The position numbers were made by a program, and so were the translations under genes. From Mustelus asterias (Eukaryota): DNA of 64,000 nt. Positions 25,979 to 40,055 of this stretch are shown in pieces. Numbering within the stretch: position 1 is the first letter of the stretch; every line of letters starts with the position of its first letter. The stretch is from the NCBI RefSeq assembly GCF_964213995.1, contig NC_135813.1:60884001-60948000 (forward strand), read 5' to 3'. Under the pieces are notes generated by a model. It did no database searches. It saw nothing but the letters and a program-made list of their open reading frames with translations, and was not told the DNA's origin.

Positions 25979-26780
25979 TATTGGTAACACTATTGCCTCT
26001 TGAGTCAAACGTTAGTTGATTCAAGAATTATAGAATTTTTTTTTTATAGAAACCCTACAGTGCAGAAAGAGGCTATTCGGCCCATCGAATCTGCACCGAC
26101 CAAAACCCCACCCAGGCCCACTCATATCCCTCCATATTTTACCCGCTAATCCCTCTAACCTACGCATCCTGGGACACTAAGGGGCAATTTAGCATGGCCA
26201 ATTAACCTAACCCGCACATCTTTGGATTGTGGGAGGAAACCGGAGCACCCGGAGGAAATCCAGGCAGACACAGGGAGAATGTGCAAACTCCACACAGACA
26301 GTGACCCAAGCCGGGAATCGAACCCAGGTCCCTGGAGCTGTGAAGCAGCAGTGCTAACCACTGTGCTACCGTGCCGCCCAAGTTGCAACTCAAGACGTGA
26401 GCATAAAAATCAAAGCTGACACACTAGTGCGGTACTGCGGGAGTGCTGCACTCCCACAGTTGACGTTTTTTGATTAGACATAACACTGAGGACCCATCTG
26501 CCCTCTCAGGTGAAGGTAAAAGATCCACAACACCATTTTGAAGAAAAGTAGAGGAGTTGCCACCCCACCACATCTCCTAACAATATTTATCCCTCAGTCA
26601 ACATAACAACTCGGTCATTAACAAACTGTTGTTTCCGGGAGTTTGCCGTGTGTAAATTGGCTGTTTCATATATAACAACATTTCAAAAGTACTCCATTGG
26701 CTACAAAACACTTTGGGACATTCAGTGGTTTGGAAAGGTGCTGTACAACTGCAAACCTTTTCTTTTTTTCCTCTTTCTTT
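25979..26780 (+). mobile_element. Deu-domain SINE (SacSINE1-like) with a nested HE1-like SINE (about 26026-26378, -)
   Basis: gctgacac..gtgc.gtactg.gggagtgctgcac, ccatctgccctctcaggtg..gtaaaagatcc, caatatttatccctca, tail gaaaggtgctgtacaactgcaaa-(pyrimidine run). Confidence 0.8.
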
Positions 26781-26784
26781 GTAG

Positions 26785-26881
26785 GAGAGCATTCCCTTTG
26801 CTGTCATCGGTAGCAACACGGTGGTGGAGGCACGGGGTCAGAGGGTCCGTGGACGACTGTACCCCTGGGGGATTGTAGAAG
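26785..26881 (+). CDS. SEPTIN5: Septin-5 exon ([32 protein letters not shown])
   Basis: Strong pyrimidine tract plus gtag / GTGAGG; start of septin unique element GRxYPWG. Confidence 0.97.
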
Positions 26882-28926
26882 GTGAGGCTGCTGTGGGAGG
26901 GGAAGTGCAATCTACCTCAAAGTGACTGTTCAAAAAGGGAGAAGATGTGTGAGGCAATTTTTAATAAACTTTAGAACTGTGAGGAGAGCAACGTTTAAGC
27001 AAGACTTTTATTTCTCCTTGAACAGAATTATGTCAGTTTACAAAATTCCGGAAGTTAGAATTGAACAGAAGTGTAAACATCAGTGTGGCATGGCTCTGAA
27101 TGTAAAGATAGATAAAAGAATATTTTCCAGTTCATCTGATATTACACCAGATCCTGTCAGTTCCTTATGTAGAGCTAAGATAAAGAAATGAGAAGATACC
27201 AAGTTGAGTATATGGTATGTGCTCAGTTAGCTGATCGCAGCTGGGACAACCATTAAGTTGGCATAATTGCCCTTAGTGCAAATTTGCTTGGGAAGGCTTG
27301 CAATATTCCTATTCTTTATTGCTGTCCAATGATCCTTGCTGTTGATCTCGGCTAGGGAGTGGGCTACATGGATGGCCCTCCTGCATCTCAGTCGGCCACA
27401 AGATTGAAATCGGGCTTATTCACTAACCATGACCCATGAATAGGATTAAATACATTCAATACATGCCAAATGTTTCATAATGGGTTATATAAAGTGCTTA
27501 CTCCTTTATATTTTAATAGAACTATCAACTTCACATGGTAAAAACAAGAGAAATATTTACGCTTTGGACACGGAGTGCACAGCTCTCACAGCTGATCCAG
27601 GCTTGGGCTGACAAGTGAAAATTAACATTTGCACTAAACAAGTGCCAAGCAATGACCATCTCCCCTTGACACTCAATGGCATTATTGTTGCTGAATTCCC
27701 CCACCACCAACATCCTGGGGTTTACGATTGACCAGAAACTGAAATGGACTAGCCACATAAATACTGTGCTACTAGAACAGCTCAGAAGTTGGGAATCTTC
27801 CTGTGAGTAACTTAGTTCCTTAAACCCCAAAGCCTGTCCACCATCTGCAAGGCACAGGATAAGCATGTGAAAAAATGCTCTCATCTTGCCTTCTTGCTCA
27901 ACATCATCCAGGATAAAATAGCTAGCTTGACTGCCACCTCTTCCATGAACATTCACTCTCTCCATCACCGATGGACAGTAGCAGCAATGTGTACCATTTA
28001 CAAGATGCACTGCAGGAACTCACCAACGCTCTTCCAAACTCACAGTTGCTATCATCTAGAAGGACACGGGCAGCTGACACATGCACCCAGATTGATTTGG
28101 CATTACTAGTTTTATTTATTGTTGCATGGGATTTGGGTTTCACTGGCAAGGCCAGCATTTGTTGCCCAGTTGAACTGACCCTATTGGGTCATTTCGGACG
28201 GCAGTTAAAAGTCAGCTACAATTCTGTGAATCTGGATTCACATGTAGGCCAGACCAGGTAAGGACAACAGCTTTTTTTCCCCTAAAGGGTTATTACTAAA
28301 GGATAGTGAACCAGATGGGTTTTTACAGCAACCGATGATAGTTTCATGCTCACCATTACTGAGACTAGCTTTCAATTCTAGACTTATTAACTGACTTCAA
28401 ATTCCATCAGCAGCCATGGTGGGATTTGAACCCATGTCCCCAGAGCATTAGCCTGGATTACTAGTCCATCTGGAGCGATTAGGTTAAAGTTCAAAGGGTG
28501 GAGTTTCCACTTTGCGATTCTGTTGCAAATTGCAACCTTTTCAAAAATGTTCTTTTTCTCTTGAGTTTTTGCCCTACTTATTTGCATATAACAAATGGAA
28601 AATCTGCATATTGCAATTGAGCAATTTGTTTAAAAATTTGCTGTAAAAATTATTTGTCAATACAATTAATCATGGTAAGTTGGCGCAGTTTGAATAATGC
28701 AGCTGAAAATGTTTGTCACAAAAGTGAATCATTTTTAGTCAATGGTAATTTGCTGGGAATAACCTGATTTTAAATGACTGAAAATGATTTTTAAAAACAT
28801 ACAGAATCACTGTCGTTATATTGTGGCAAAATAGTCAGCTTCTCAGTAAATTCGGATAAAAATACATTCAGAATTTTAAATCATGCCTATTAATGCCCTT
28901 GTGGCCAAAAGAGCCAGTTTAGGTTT

Positions 28927-29236
28927 TCATAGAATCCCCACAGTACAGAAGGAGGCCATTTGGCCCTTCGAGTCTGCACCGACTACAATCCTACCCAGGC
29001 CCTATTCCTATAACCCCACATATTTACCCTGCTAATCCGCTGATACTAGGGTCAATTTAGCATGGCCAATCATTGTAACCCGCACATCTTTAGACTGTGG
29101 GAGGAAACCGGAGCACCCGGAGGAAACCCACACAGACACAGGGGGAATGTGCAAACTCCACACAGACAGTGACTCGAGGCCAGAATTGAACCTGGGTCCC
29201 TGGTGGTGTGAGGCAATGCTTGCTACCGTGCCACCC
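28927..29236 (-). mobile_element. HE1/V-SINE-like SINE; a truncated copy follows at about 29441-29613
   Basis: Family head, core and tail. Confidence 0.8.
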
Positions 29237-30857
29237 TACAGAAGGCTGCAAACAAGTGGAATTAGTGGAAGCTCTGATTGGTGATTAATTCACTCGCAGG
29301 GTGTGACCAGTTCAATAAGCAAGGCAGGTTTAATCTGGTGTAATATTTTTCCACAAACTAGCAGATGAAGGAAATCTGTGCTCAAACTTGCACATTATTT
29401 TGCTGGCTGTGCTGATTTCAGATTGTTAGGGAGAATGAACTCATAGAGTCATTGAATCCCTACTGTGCAGAAGAGGCTATTCGGCCCATCGAGTCTGCAC
29501 TGACTATCTGGCAGAGTATCTTAACCAGGTCCTCTCCTCCACCTTATCCCTGTAACCCCACACATTTCCCATGGCTAATCCACGTAACCTACACATCCTG
29601 GGACACTAAGGGACACTCGGAAGAATCATTCAACACTCAAACCTGATTCAATCGACAAACAGTTTGAGTTACACCAGCGGGGAGAAACCACAGGGGCTGA
29701 CCGTGCGCAAATCATCAATTTCTCAACAGTTACTCAGCCCATCCCGGCTGGTCACAATCCAATCATAATGGTTATAGATGACATGTATATTACATATAGG
29801 TCCAATGAAATTAGTACCGAGGCTGTGTGATCAGCTCATGGACAGTTCTGGACCATCCCACGGCATTTACCCGGCACATGTTAATGGTCCCTGAACCTCC
29901 AAAATGAATCTCTCAGGACATTCTTATCTCTGACTTCTCTGTACTGCTAGCAGTCTCACAAAGCATTTGCCTGTGTGCTGATACAAGAGGCCCTGCTACG
30001 CAAGTTGAATGGCCCATGACTTTGTCTTTAATGACTCAATAGCTGTAGGAAGGTGGTCAAGTCAGTTAGCTAGCTAACCCCATGATGCTTCTCAAACTGT
30101 TATACTCCATTTTGATTAGTATCGTACATGGCTAGAATGAAGTTGAATATAATCATGTGTATTGCAGGTGCCTTTGCTTCAGGCCTACCTCAACACAGAT
30201 GAATTGCGCTAAAGAAACCTGCATAGTTGAGTGAAACCTCACTCCAGCTCTGAATTCACCCTTGAAATCCAGAGGGATATTTGAACTAAATGAGCTGTGG
30301 CACCGTCATAGGATTAACCACCTTATAATTTTTAAAAATTCATTTGTGGGACATGGATGTCGCTGGCTGGCCAGCATTTATTGTCGACCCCTAGCTGCCC
30401 GTGGGCAGTTAAGAGTCACCCACATTGCTGTGGCTCTGGAGTCACATGTAGGCCAAACCAGGTAAGGACTGCAGATTTCCTTCCCTAAAGGACATTAGTG
30501 AACCAGATGTGTTTTTCTGACGATTGACAATAGTTTCATGGTCATCAATAGATTCATAATTCAGATTTTTTTTATTGAATTCAAATTTCGACATCTGCTG
30601 TGGTGGGATTCGAACCTGGGTCCCCAGAACATTAGCTGAGTTTCTGGATTAATAGTCTAGCGGTAATATCACTATGCCATCGCCTCCCTGAGCTGGTAGA
30701 AAATTACTATCGTGAATGGTACATCCAGGTTGTGGTTTGCTAATCCTTCCATTTCTTCTCATATTCTCCAAAGGAAGAGTGAATGCATGCACACACAACA
30801 ACTAGCTTGGGAATGCAAGCAATCAGTGAAGGTTTAATTTTTGTTTTATGTTGACAG

Positions 30858-30993
30858 TGGAGAATCAGGCACATTGTGACTTCGTAAAACTGAGGAACAT
30901 GCTGATCCGAACACACATGCAGGACCTGAAGGATGTGACCTGGGACATTCACTATGAAAATTTCAGAGCCAGGTGCATTCAGGAGATGACCAG
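30858..30993 (+). CDS. SEPTIN5: Septin-5 exon ([45 protein letters not shown])
   Basis: ttgacag / GTCTGT; [16 protein letters not shown] is SEPT5-like. Confidence 0.96.
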
Positions 30994-31649
30994 GTCTGTT
31001 TTTTTTATCTTTCTTGCACTCACCTTCTTGTAGGAAACTCGATCTGACAACTGAGCATTATCCTTTGAATGAGTGCTATTGCAGGCAGTGTGGTGGCAAA
31101 GCATATTCCACCATCAGTACACAGGCCTGATTGAGGGACGCAGGCATCCCATCTCCCAGGTAACTGTTGACATCACTCTGCTGTGTTGCAGATCTTGGAA
31201 ACAATTCATTGTCGAAAGGTGCCAAAAATGATCATTATGAGGGAAAGCAAATCTAAGGGATATTTGTTGTTGGACAGTTTGTGTGTCACTATTGACTGGT
31301 GGCTAATGAGCTGCAATTGGCTAAAAGCGCTCAATCCTCATCTCTGTTGCAATAGTAACATGATGGCAAAGGTCCTGTGGCCTCTGTGTAGAAGTGGATG
31401 CAATTATGCAAGTCATGTTCAGCATTACAAATTGATTACTCATTACATTTTAGGGCCCATATCTTTGAGGGGAACAAATTCTCACGGTGGAATCGGTTTA
31501 TTTTGTAATTATATATTTCAAAAAAGCAAGGAGGCCATTCAGCCCATTATAAACTGTCACTTCAGTATTTCAGCTCTCCCAGCCTAGCAGCCATAACATA
31601 GGCATAATTCAGTAGAGTTCCTGGAGAAATTATGAACATGGTCATTATG

Positions 31650-34046
31650 GCCATCCGTGGTTGGATGGAAAGAAATTTGTTGAGTGTATTCAGGAGGAAT
31701 TTCTCATTCAGTATGTGGATGGCCTGACTAGAGAGGGGGCAAAACTTGACCTCCTCTTGGGAAATAAGGAAGGGCAGGTGACAGAAGTGTTAGTGAGGGA
31801 TCACTTTGGGACCAGTGACCATAATTCTATTAGTTTTAAGATAGCTATGGAGAATGATAGGTTTGTCCCAAAAGTTAATATTCTAAATTGGGGCAAGGCC
31901 AATTTTGATGGTATCAGGCAGGAACTTTCAAAAGTTAATTGGGGGAGTCTGTGGGAAGGAAAAGGGACGTCTGGCAAGTGGCATGCTTTCAAAAGTGTGT
32001 TAACCAGGGTTCAGGGTAAACACATTCCTCTTAGAGTGAAGGGCAAGGCAGAAGTCGGGAACCCTTGATGACTCGGCATATTGAGGCCTTGGTCAAGAAG
32101 AAAGAGGCACATGACGTGCATAGGCATCTGGGATCACGTGAATCTCTTGAAGAGTATAGGGGGTGTAGGAGTAGAGTTAAAAGAGAAATCAGGAGGGCAA
32201 AAAGGGGACTCAAAATTGTTTTGGCAGAAAAGGCAAAGGAGCTTCTTCAAATACATAAAGGGCAAAAGAGTAACAAGGGACAGAGTAGAGCCTCTTAAGG
32301 ATTAACAAGGTAATCTATGTGCGGATCCACAAGAGATGGGTGAGATCCTAAATGAATATTTCTCATCAGTAATTACTGTTGAGAAAAGCATGGATGTTGG
32401 GGAACTTGGGGAATTAAATATTGATGTCTTGAGGAGTGTACATATTACAGAGAAGGAGGTGCTGGAAGTCTTAAAGTGCATCAAGGTAGATAAATCTGCG
32501 GGACCTGATGAGGTATGTCCCAGGACGTGTGGGAGGCTAGGGAGGAAATTGTGGGTCCCCTAGCCGAGATATTTGAATCATTGATAGTCATGGGTGAGGT
32601 GCCTGAAGATTGGAGAGTGGAAAATGTTGTGCCTTTGTTTAAAAAGGGCTGCAGGGAAAAGCCTGGGAACTACAGGCCAGTTAGCCTCACATCTGTGGTG
32701 GGTAAATTGTTGGAAGGTATTTTGAGAGACAGGATCTACAGGCATTTAGAGATGCAAGAACTGATTAGTGACAGTCAGCATGGCTTTGTGAGTGGAATAT
32801 CGTGTCTCACAAATTTAATTGAGTTTTTTGAAGGGGTAACCAAGAAGGTAGATGAGGGCAGTGCAATTGATGTTGTCTACATGGACTTTAGCAAGGCCAT
32901 TGACAAGGTACCGCATGGTAGGTTGTTGCATAAAGTTAAATCTCACGGGATCCAGGGTGAGGTATCTAAATGGATACAAAATTGGCTTCTTTCAGAAGCC
33001 AGAGGGTGGTTGTAGAGAGTTGTTTTTCAAACTGGAGGCCTGTGACCAGCGGTGTGCCTCAGGGATCAGTGCTGGGACCACTGTTATTTGTCATTTATAT
33101 TAATGATTTGGATGAGAATATAGGGGGCATGGTTTATAAGTTTGCAGATGACAGCAAGATTGGTGGCATGGTGGACAGTGATGAAGGTTATCTCCAATTG
33201 CAGCAGGATCTTGGTCAATTGGGCCAGTGGACTGACGAATGGCAGATGGAGTTTAATTTGGACAAATGCGAGGTAATGCATTTTGGTAGATTGAACCAGG
33301 GCAGGACTTACTCAATTAATGGTAGGGCGTTGGGGAGAGTTACAGAACAAAGAGATCTAGGGGTACATGTTCATAACTCCTTGAAAGTGGAGTCACAGGT
33401 GGACAGAGTGGTGAAGAAGGCATTCAGCATGCTTGGTTTCATGGGTCAGAACATTGAATCTAGGAGTTGGGACGTCTTGTTGAAGTTGTACAAGACATTG
33501 GTAAGCCCCACACTTGGAATACTGTGTGCAGTTCTGGTCACCCTATTATAGAAAAGATATTATTAAACTAGAAAGAGTGCAGAAAAGATTTACAAGGATG
33601 CTACCGGGACTTGATGGATTGAGTTATAAGGAGAGGCTGAATAGACGGGGTCTTTTTTCTATGGAGCATAGGAGGCTGAGGGGTGACCTTTTAGAGGTCT
33701 ATAAAATAATGAGGGGCATAGACAAGGTAGGTAGTCAATATCTTTTCCCAAAGGTAGGGGAGTCTAAAACTAGAGGGTATAGGTTTAAGGTGAGAGGGGA
33801 GGGGCAATTGTTTCACACAGACCGTGGTGAGTGTCTGGAACAAGCTGCCAGAGGTAGTAGTAGAGGCGGGTACAATTTTATCTTTTAAAAAGCATTTAGA
33901 TAGTTACATGGGTACGATGGGTTTAGAGGGATATGGGCCAAATGCGGGCAATTGGGATTAGTTTAGGGGTTTTAAAAAAAAAGGGCGGCATGGACAAGTT
34001 AGGCCGAAGGGCCTGTTTCCATGCTGTAAACCTCTATGACTCTATT
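31650..34046 (+). mobile_element. 5'-truncated CR1 (HER1-like) LINE, about 2.4 kb, frameshifted ORF2
   Basis: Endonuclease end (LDLLL...SDHN), PGNYRPVSLTSVVGKLLE, QHGF, DFSKA.DKVPH, FADD; ctatga-type tail. Confidence 0.93.
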
Positions 34047-34202
34047 AGCATTATTTCTCCAGGATGTCCAGACATTTCCTGCAAAAGTGATGTCAGATCA
34101 GAGAACCATGGAAATTCCAGCTCTGTGGCTTTGCTTTCCATTATTCTGATTATATTGCACACTTCATTTTTAAGCACTTCTGAACTTATGCCATTTGACT
34201 TC

Positions 34203-34514
34203 ACAGATTCCCTACAGTACAGAAAGAGGTCATTAGGCCCATTGAGTCTGTACCAACCACAATCCCACCCAGGCCCTATTCCCATAACCCACACATTCAC
34301 CCTGCTAATCCCCCTAACACTCGGGTCAATTTAGCATGGCCAATCCACCTAACCCGCACATCTTTGGACTGTGGGAGGAAACTGGAGCACCTAGAGCACG
34401 CAGACAGTGGGAGAATGGGCAAACTCAACACTGACAGTGACCCGAGGCCGGAATTGAACCCTGGTCCCTGGCACTGTGAGGCAGCAGTGCTAACCACTGT
34501 GCCACCATGCCACC
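34203..34514 (-). mobile_element. HE1/V-SINE-like SINE
   Basis: Family head, core and tail. Confidence 0.8.
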
Positions 34515-35289
34515 TAGTTATATTCACCAAGTTATACTTGTAATGTTGGGTCCAATTAATCTGCCAAATTATAGAGTCATATTCAGTGTTTACCAGGCCT
34601 AAGATGCTTAATAGTTTATTCATCTCCCGGAGCTTCCTTTAACCATCTTCCATGCAATCCAGAACATTTGGTAATTAAATCTTTCCTCATGTTTCATGCA
34701 CTTTACACTGGCATCCTATTCTGGCTTAAGACTCTTAATGCTAAAAGTTCCATATCCCTCTGGCATTGTGGCAGCTAGAACTGGATACAATTCTTCAAGT
34801 GCAATCTGACCAGTATGTTGGAGAACCTGAGCAGAACCTCAATAAATTAACTTTCCATTGTCTTGACTATGTATTCAAGCATTCTGACAGCTTTATCAAT
34901 TGCCTCATTACACAATTGAGACACTGGCAGTGACTATGATGTAGAAAGTCATAATTCTATTCCATTTATATTTTATGTAGTTATATCTATATATAGATCT
35001 ATGCAATGTAAATTTATTTTGCATTTACTTTCTTCTGTTAAATTAGATCAAAATCTACGTCACGTTGTTGAGATTCCATCAATGTAAAGTCAATTGCAGA
35101 ACTATTCGGATGACTTGGCCAATTGCATTGAACTGAGCAAAGACCATTTAAAGCATGCAGCCCTCTAACAGTATTAACAGTGTTAGGCACTGAATGGATA
35201 GACTCTCAATGGAAGTTCATACTACCTCTGATGTAACAGCCACTTACACCATTTCTCCAAGGTTTCCATCGATCATTTGTCAACATAGT

Positions 35290-36481
35290 CTGCAGAGAGA
35301 TTTGGACAGGCTGAGTGAGTGGGCGGCACGATAGCACAGTGGTTAGCACTGCTGCTTCACAGCTCCAGGGTCTCGGGTTCGATTCCCGGCTCGGGTCACT
35401 GTCTGTGTGGAGTTTGCACATTCTCCTCGTGTCTGCGTGGGTTTCCTCCAGGTGCTCCGGTTTCCTCCCACAGTCCAAAGATGTGCGGGTTAGGTTGATT
35501 GGCCAGGTTAAAAATTGCCCCTTAGAGTCCTGAGATGCGTAGGTTAGCGGGTAAATATGTGGGGTAGGGCCTGGGTGGGATTGTGGTTGGTGCAGACTCG
35601 ATGGGCCGAATGGCCTCCTTCTGCACTGTAGGGTTTCTATGATTTCTATGATGATCTGGCAGATGGAGTTAACAAATGCGAGGTTATTCACTTTGGAAGA
35701 AATAATAGCAAATTGGATTATTATCTAAATGGAAAAAAATTACAACATACTACTGTGCAAAGGGACCTGGGGGCCCTTGTGCATGAGACGCAAAAACCCA
35801 GTCTGCAGGTGCAACAGGTGATCAAGAAGGCAAATGGGATGTTGGCCTATATCGCAAGGGGGATAGAATATAAAAGCAGAGATGTCTTGCTGCGTCTGTA
35901 CAGGGCATTGGTGAGGCCGCAGCTGAAATACTGTGTGCAATATTTGTCCCCTTATTTGCGGAAGGATATATTGGCCTTGGAGGGAGTGCAGAGAAGGTTC
36001 ACCAGGTTGATACCAGAGATGAGGGATGGTGATTATGAGGAGAGACTGAGCAGATTGGGTTTGTATTCGTTGGAATTTAGAAGGCTTAGGGGGGATCTTA
36101 TAGATACATATAAGATAATGAAGGGGCTGGATAGGGTAGAGATGGAGAGATTCTTTCCACTTAGAAAGGAAACTAGAACTAGAGGGCACAGCCTCAAAAT
36201 AAAGGGGGGTCAGTTTAGGACAGAGTTGAGGAGGAACTTCTTCTCTCAGAGGGTGGTGAATCTCTGGAATTCTCTGCCCACTGAAGTGGTGGAGGCTACC
36301 TCGTTGAATATGTTTAAATCACGGATAGATGGATTCCTGATCGGTAAGGGAATTAGGGGTTATAGTGATCAGGCGGGTAAGTGGAACTGATCCACTTCAG
36401 ATCAGCCATGATCTTATTGAATGACGGGGCAGGCTCGAGGGGCTAGATGGCCTACTCCTGCTCCTATTTCTTATGTTCTTT
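35290..36481 (+). mobile_element. CR1 3' fragment with a young HE1-like SINE (about 35321-35652) inserted near its 5' end
   Basis: LQRDLDRLSEW|SINE|IWQME; 225-aa open ORF2 C-terminus at 35713-36390. Confidence 0.9.
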
Positions 36482-36830
36482 AACATGGTTGGAGAACCTC
36501 TTACAGGATGTTATTGATTGAAAGCCTGTTCTTTTCCATCATAGATAGAAATTGACAATGTCTGACATTCTCTGGGGTTTCTTTTGTGCACCCATTGTAA
36601 CTCTGGTGGGAAGTTGGCAGAACCTTGGAGAACAATCACAGCAGACATTTTAAGCGGTTTGCAGATTTCTTTGGAGACTTGATTTGTTTTCATGCCTATG
36701 ACTGGAACTCAGAAATGTCAAAGCCTAAATTTCTTTATTCATCTTAATATGTTGTTTTGAAATTGGGCCTTAGTTCATCTCAAAGTGATCAGACTAAAGC
36801 TACTGAATTTTTCTTTCTTTAACTTCACAG

Positions 36831-36933
36831 TAAATTGACCCAGGACAACCGAGCAGAAAGTCCACTCCCCTTACTACCTGTGCCAACCCCAGATGCAGAG
36901 ACAGAGAAACTCATCAAAATGAAGGATGAAGAG
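36831..36933 (+). CDS. SEPTIN5: Septin-5 exon ([34 protein letters not shown])
   Basis: ttcacag / GTGGGC; matches the SEPT5-type KLTQD...ESP...[11 protein letters not shown] linker. Confidence 0.95.
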
Positions 36934-37363
36934 GTGGGCATCTGGGAAGTGCATGCCATGTTATGTGGTTGAATAGTCTGCAACCATGAGATGTCTGGTG
37001 CTGACCATATGTGCGAATGGACTCATCAGTAAATGTTCATTTCAGTGTTGTGATTTCAGCCTTTTATCCAGTTGTTGACCATCCTTTTGCCTGATGTTTT
37101 TGTATTGAATTGTTTCTGAAAGATGCCATCTTGTGATCATTTTCAAATCATATGAGAAGGCACATTGTATCACTCAGTGATTAGCAATACAATTAACACA
37201 TTCCCAATTGACGGGCATTACCTATTATCTGTGATCATTTTTTGAGATTTATTCATTTTCAAGACTTGGCTAATGCTAACAATGCAAATTTATTATCTAT
37301 CTCAAGTCTCCCTGAGCAGTCATAGGCTTTGTATGTGTGGTTTGGCTGAATACCAAATTATGG

Positions 37364-37670
37364 TCATAGAATCCCTACAGTGCAGAAAAAGGCCTTTCAG
37401 CCCATTGAGCCTGCACCAACCGCAATCCTACCCAGGCCCTATCCCCGTACTCCTAAATATTTACCCTACTAATCTCCCTGACACTAAGGAGCAATTTAGC
37501 ATGGCCAATCCACCTAACCAGTGGTTAAGTTGTGGGAGGAAACTGGAACACCTGGAGGAAACCCACATAGACACAGGGAGAAGATGCAAACTTCACACAA
37601 TTACCCAAGGCTGGAATTGAACCTGGGTCCCTGGTGCCATGAGGCAGCAGTGTTAACCACTGTGCCACCG
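37364..37670 (-). mobile_element. HE1/V-SINE-like SINE
   Basis: Family head, core and tail. Confidence 0.8.
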
Positions 37671-38831
37671 TGTTACAATCCCAGTTGATGATAAAACTGG
37701 ATAGGAAGATTCTGGAATGGAACCCTGGCTCAAAAGACTGAACTTGTACATTTTTTTATAAAACATGGAGGAACAGGGTCACAGGACCACTAATTCATTT
37801 TATCAACAAGAACATTTTTACTCCCCCCCCCTCCCCCATAGCTTATCAAATACACGCAGATTTTAAGATTAACACGCATTACAAAGCCTTAAACTATAAC
37901 TCCTTAATACAACATCCCTTTACTATACAAGATGGCTATAATCAAATATACTCTCCACTCTGAACCTCAATGTGTGTGGATTTCTCCTAAATGATTTAGG
38001 AGAAATCATCCCCACATGATTGTCATATGAGAGTTTTTAAACTCCACTCACAAAAAAAAACAAGCTTTAAAATATTTGTTCACAATAATGCTTTCAATTC
38101 GTGCTGTCCAGGTTTTCCAAATTGCACTTTTAAACAAAGCTGCCCCTTTAGGATTTCATTGTCCGGACTGCTGTACAAACTGTTCACAATTGCTTTAACT
38201 CTTGTTTCCTCAATTCTATTAAGATGATGTCAGATGTTTGAGTTACCTCTGAAGTTAGCGGTCCCATTTTAAATCTGGTTACTGCAATTGTCTCTTCAAC
38301 TTCAAACACTTTGTTTACTCTTCCTTGAACTCTTCTGAACAATAGCTTGGTCTCTATTCTCCTAATTTCAGTCATTTTAGCATTCTTTCTGTTCCAGTTC
38401 CCTAGTTAGCTGGACTTTAACTTGCTCCTTAAGAAGCTTACATCTTTGAAATGACCTTGTCTTGTCCAGCTTCTTCTGGCATAGGTGGGAGAGGTTCACT
38501 CCCCAGTGTCCTATATCCAACTGCAAATATCAAGCTAAAACTAAAACTTTTTCCCCCTTAATAGGGCCGCTAGTTGCTAAGCAACATCCATTTGCTTATG
38601 CCTTTTATTTATTCTTCACGCTGTAGTCCTCTCTAAGCACAATAGAACTTAAAAATAGAACTTAACCTATCCCTACACATACAAGCACCTTTGTCCGGCA
38701 TGAATCTAACTATAGGTTTTACCCTTCCAGGCACAGAAATATTAAATTAAACTCACTTAAAACCATATCTTATTTCGAAACGTTTACCAATATAAATATA
38801 AATCCCTTAAAATAAAATTGTTTTCCTAACA
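37671..38831. mobile_element. Possible long solo LTR
   Basis: TGTTA...TAACA termini, truncates the adjacent SINE head; TSD only partial (caccg/caaag). Confidence 0.4.
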
Positions 38832-39149
38832 CAAAGTACTATACTTTCGACTTGATGTCTGTATGTTGAACTGGCACTGCAAACTGGCTACCTGAATAGA
38901 TGCTCCCCAATTTTGATTTCCAATATAATCATTAGAAATTAAAACTCCGCAGTTCCTATAACAGGTGGCCAATTCACAATGTCAGTTTTAGGTTTGGGCA
39001 GCAAGTCAAAAATCCATGCCCTCATTTCTGAATTGACCAAGTAGCCAAACTGCTAACCACTGACATAGAAAGGTTTCATCATGACAAGTGCCAATTTCCA
39101 TAGTAAATGAATATATTTTCATGTTGTAGAATGGCAGAGTTTTACTTAA

Positions 39150-39865
39150 CTGGTAATAGATTGGGAAATGTTGACGTATAAAGGGACTTGGGTGTCCTTG
39201 TACACTAGCCGCTGAAATCAAGTATGCAGGTTCAGCAAGCAGTTAGGAATGCAAATGGTAGGTTGGCCTTCACTGCAAGAGGACTGGAGTTCAGGGGCAA
39301 GGATGTCTCACTGCAGCTGCAAAGGGCCTTGGTGAGATCACACCTGGAGCAGTTTTGGTCTCCTTATCTAAGAAAGGATATACTTATCATTGAGGGAGTG
39401 CAGCAAAGTTCACCAGATTGATTCCTGAGTGCCATAATAGGAGAAATTAGCTCGACTGGGCCTGTATTCACTCAAATTTAGAAGAGCGAAAGGAGATCTC
39501 ATTGAAACGTATAAATTTCTGACAGTACTGGACATACTGGATGCAGAGATGTTGTTTCCTCTGGCTCAGGGCCTAGAACACGGGGTCATAGTCTCAGGAT
39601 ACAGTCCATTTAGGACTGAGATAAGGTGTAACTTCTGCACTCAGAAGTGAACCTCTGGAATTCTCTACCACAGAACGCCGTGGAGGCTAAGTCACTGAAT
39701 ATATTTAAGAAGGACATAGATAGATTTCTAGTCTCAAAGTGTCAAAAGTATGGGGAGAAGGTAGGAGTATGGTGTTGAGATAGAGGATCAGCCAAGGTCA
39801 TATTGAATGGTGGAGCAGGCTTGAAGGGCCGAATGGCCTACTTCTGCTCCTATTTTCTATGTAAC
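39150..39865 (+). mobile_element. CR1 3' fragment
   Basis: QVQQAVRNANG.LAF.ARGLEF...ALVRSHLE; CR1 tail. Confidence 0.85.
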
Positions 39866-40055
39866 ATTTAATGAATATGCGCACAACTATCTGGATTATT
39901 CATGATCTAAATATGGGTGTTTAGATAAACCTGGGATGGATGACTATTAATATGTAAGCATTGGTCTGCAACATTCAGTAGTGTAGAGAGTATGGCTACT
40001 GCTTGTCACTGATGTATACCAATAGCTGACAAGAATTTGGGCTTTCTTTCTACAG

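Noticed and set aside
29615-30130. Possible ERV/LTR fragment (also about 13940-14228)
   Set aside because: LTR-like look, but both termini and a TSD could not be defined
35321-35400. tRNA genes
   Set aside because: A/B-box sequences are SINE heads continuing into SINE bodies; no complete cloverleaf or terminator
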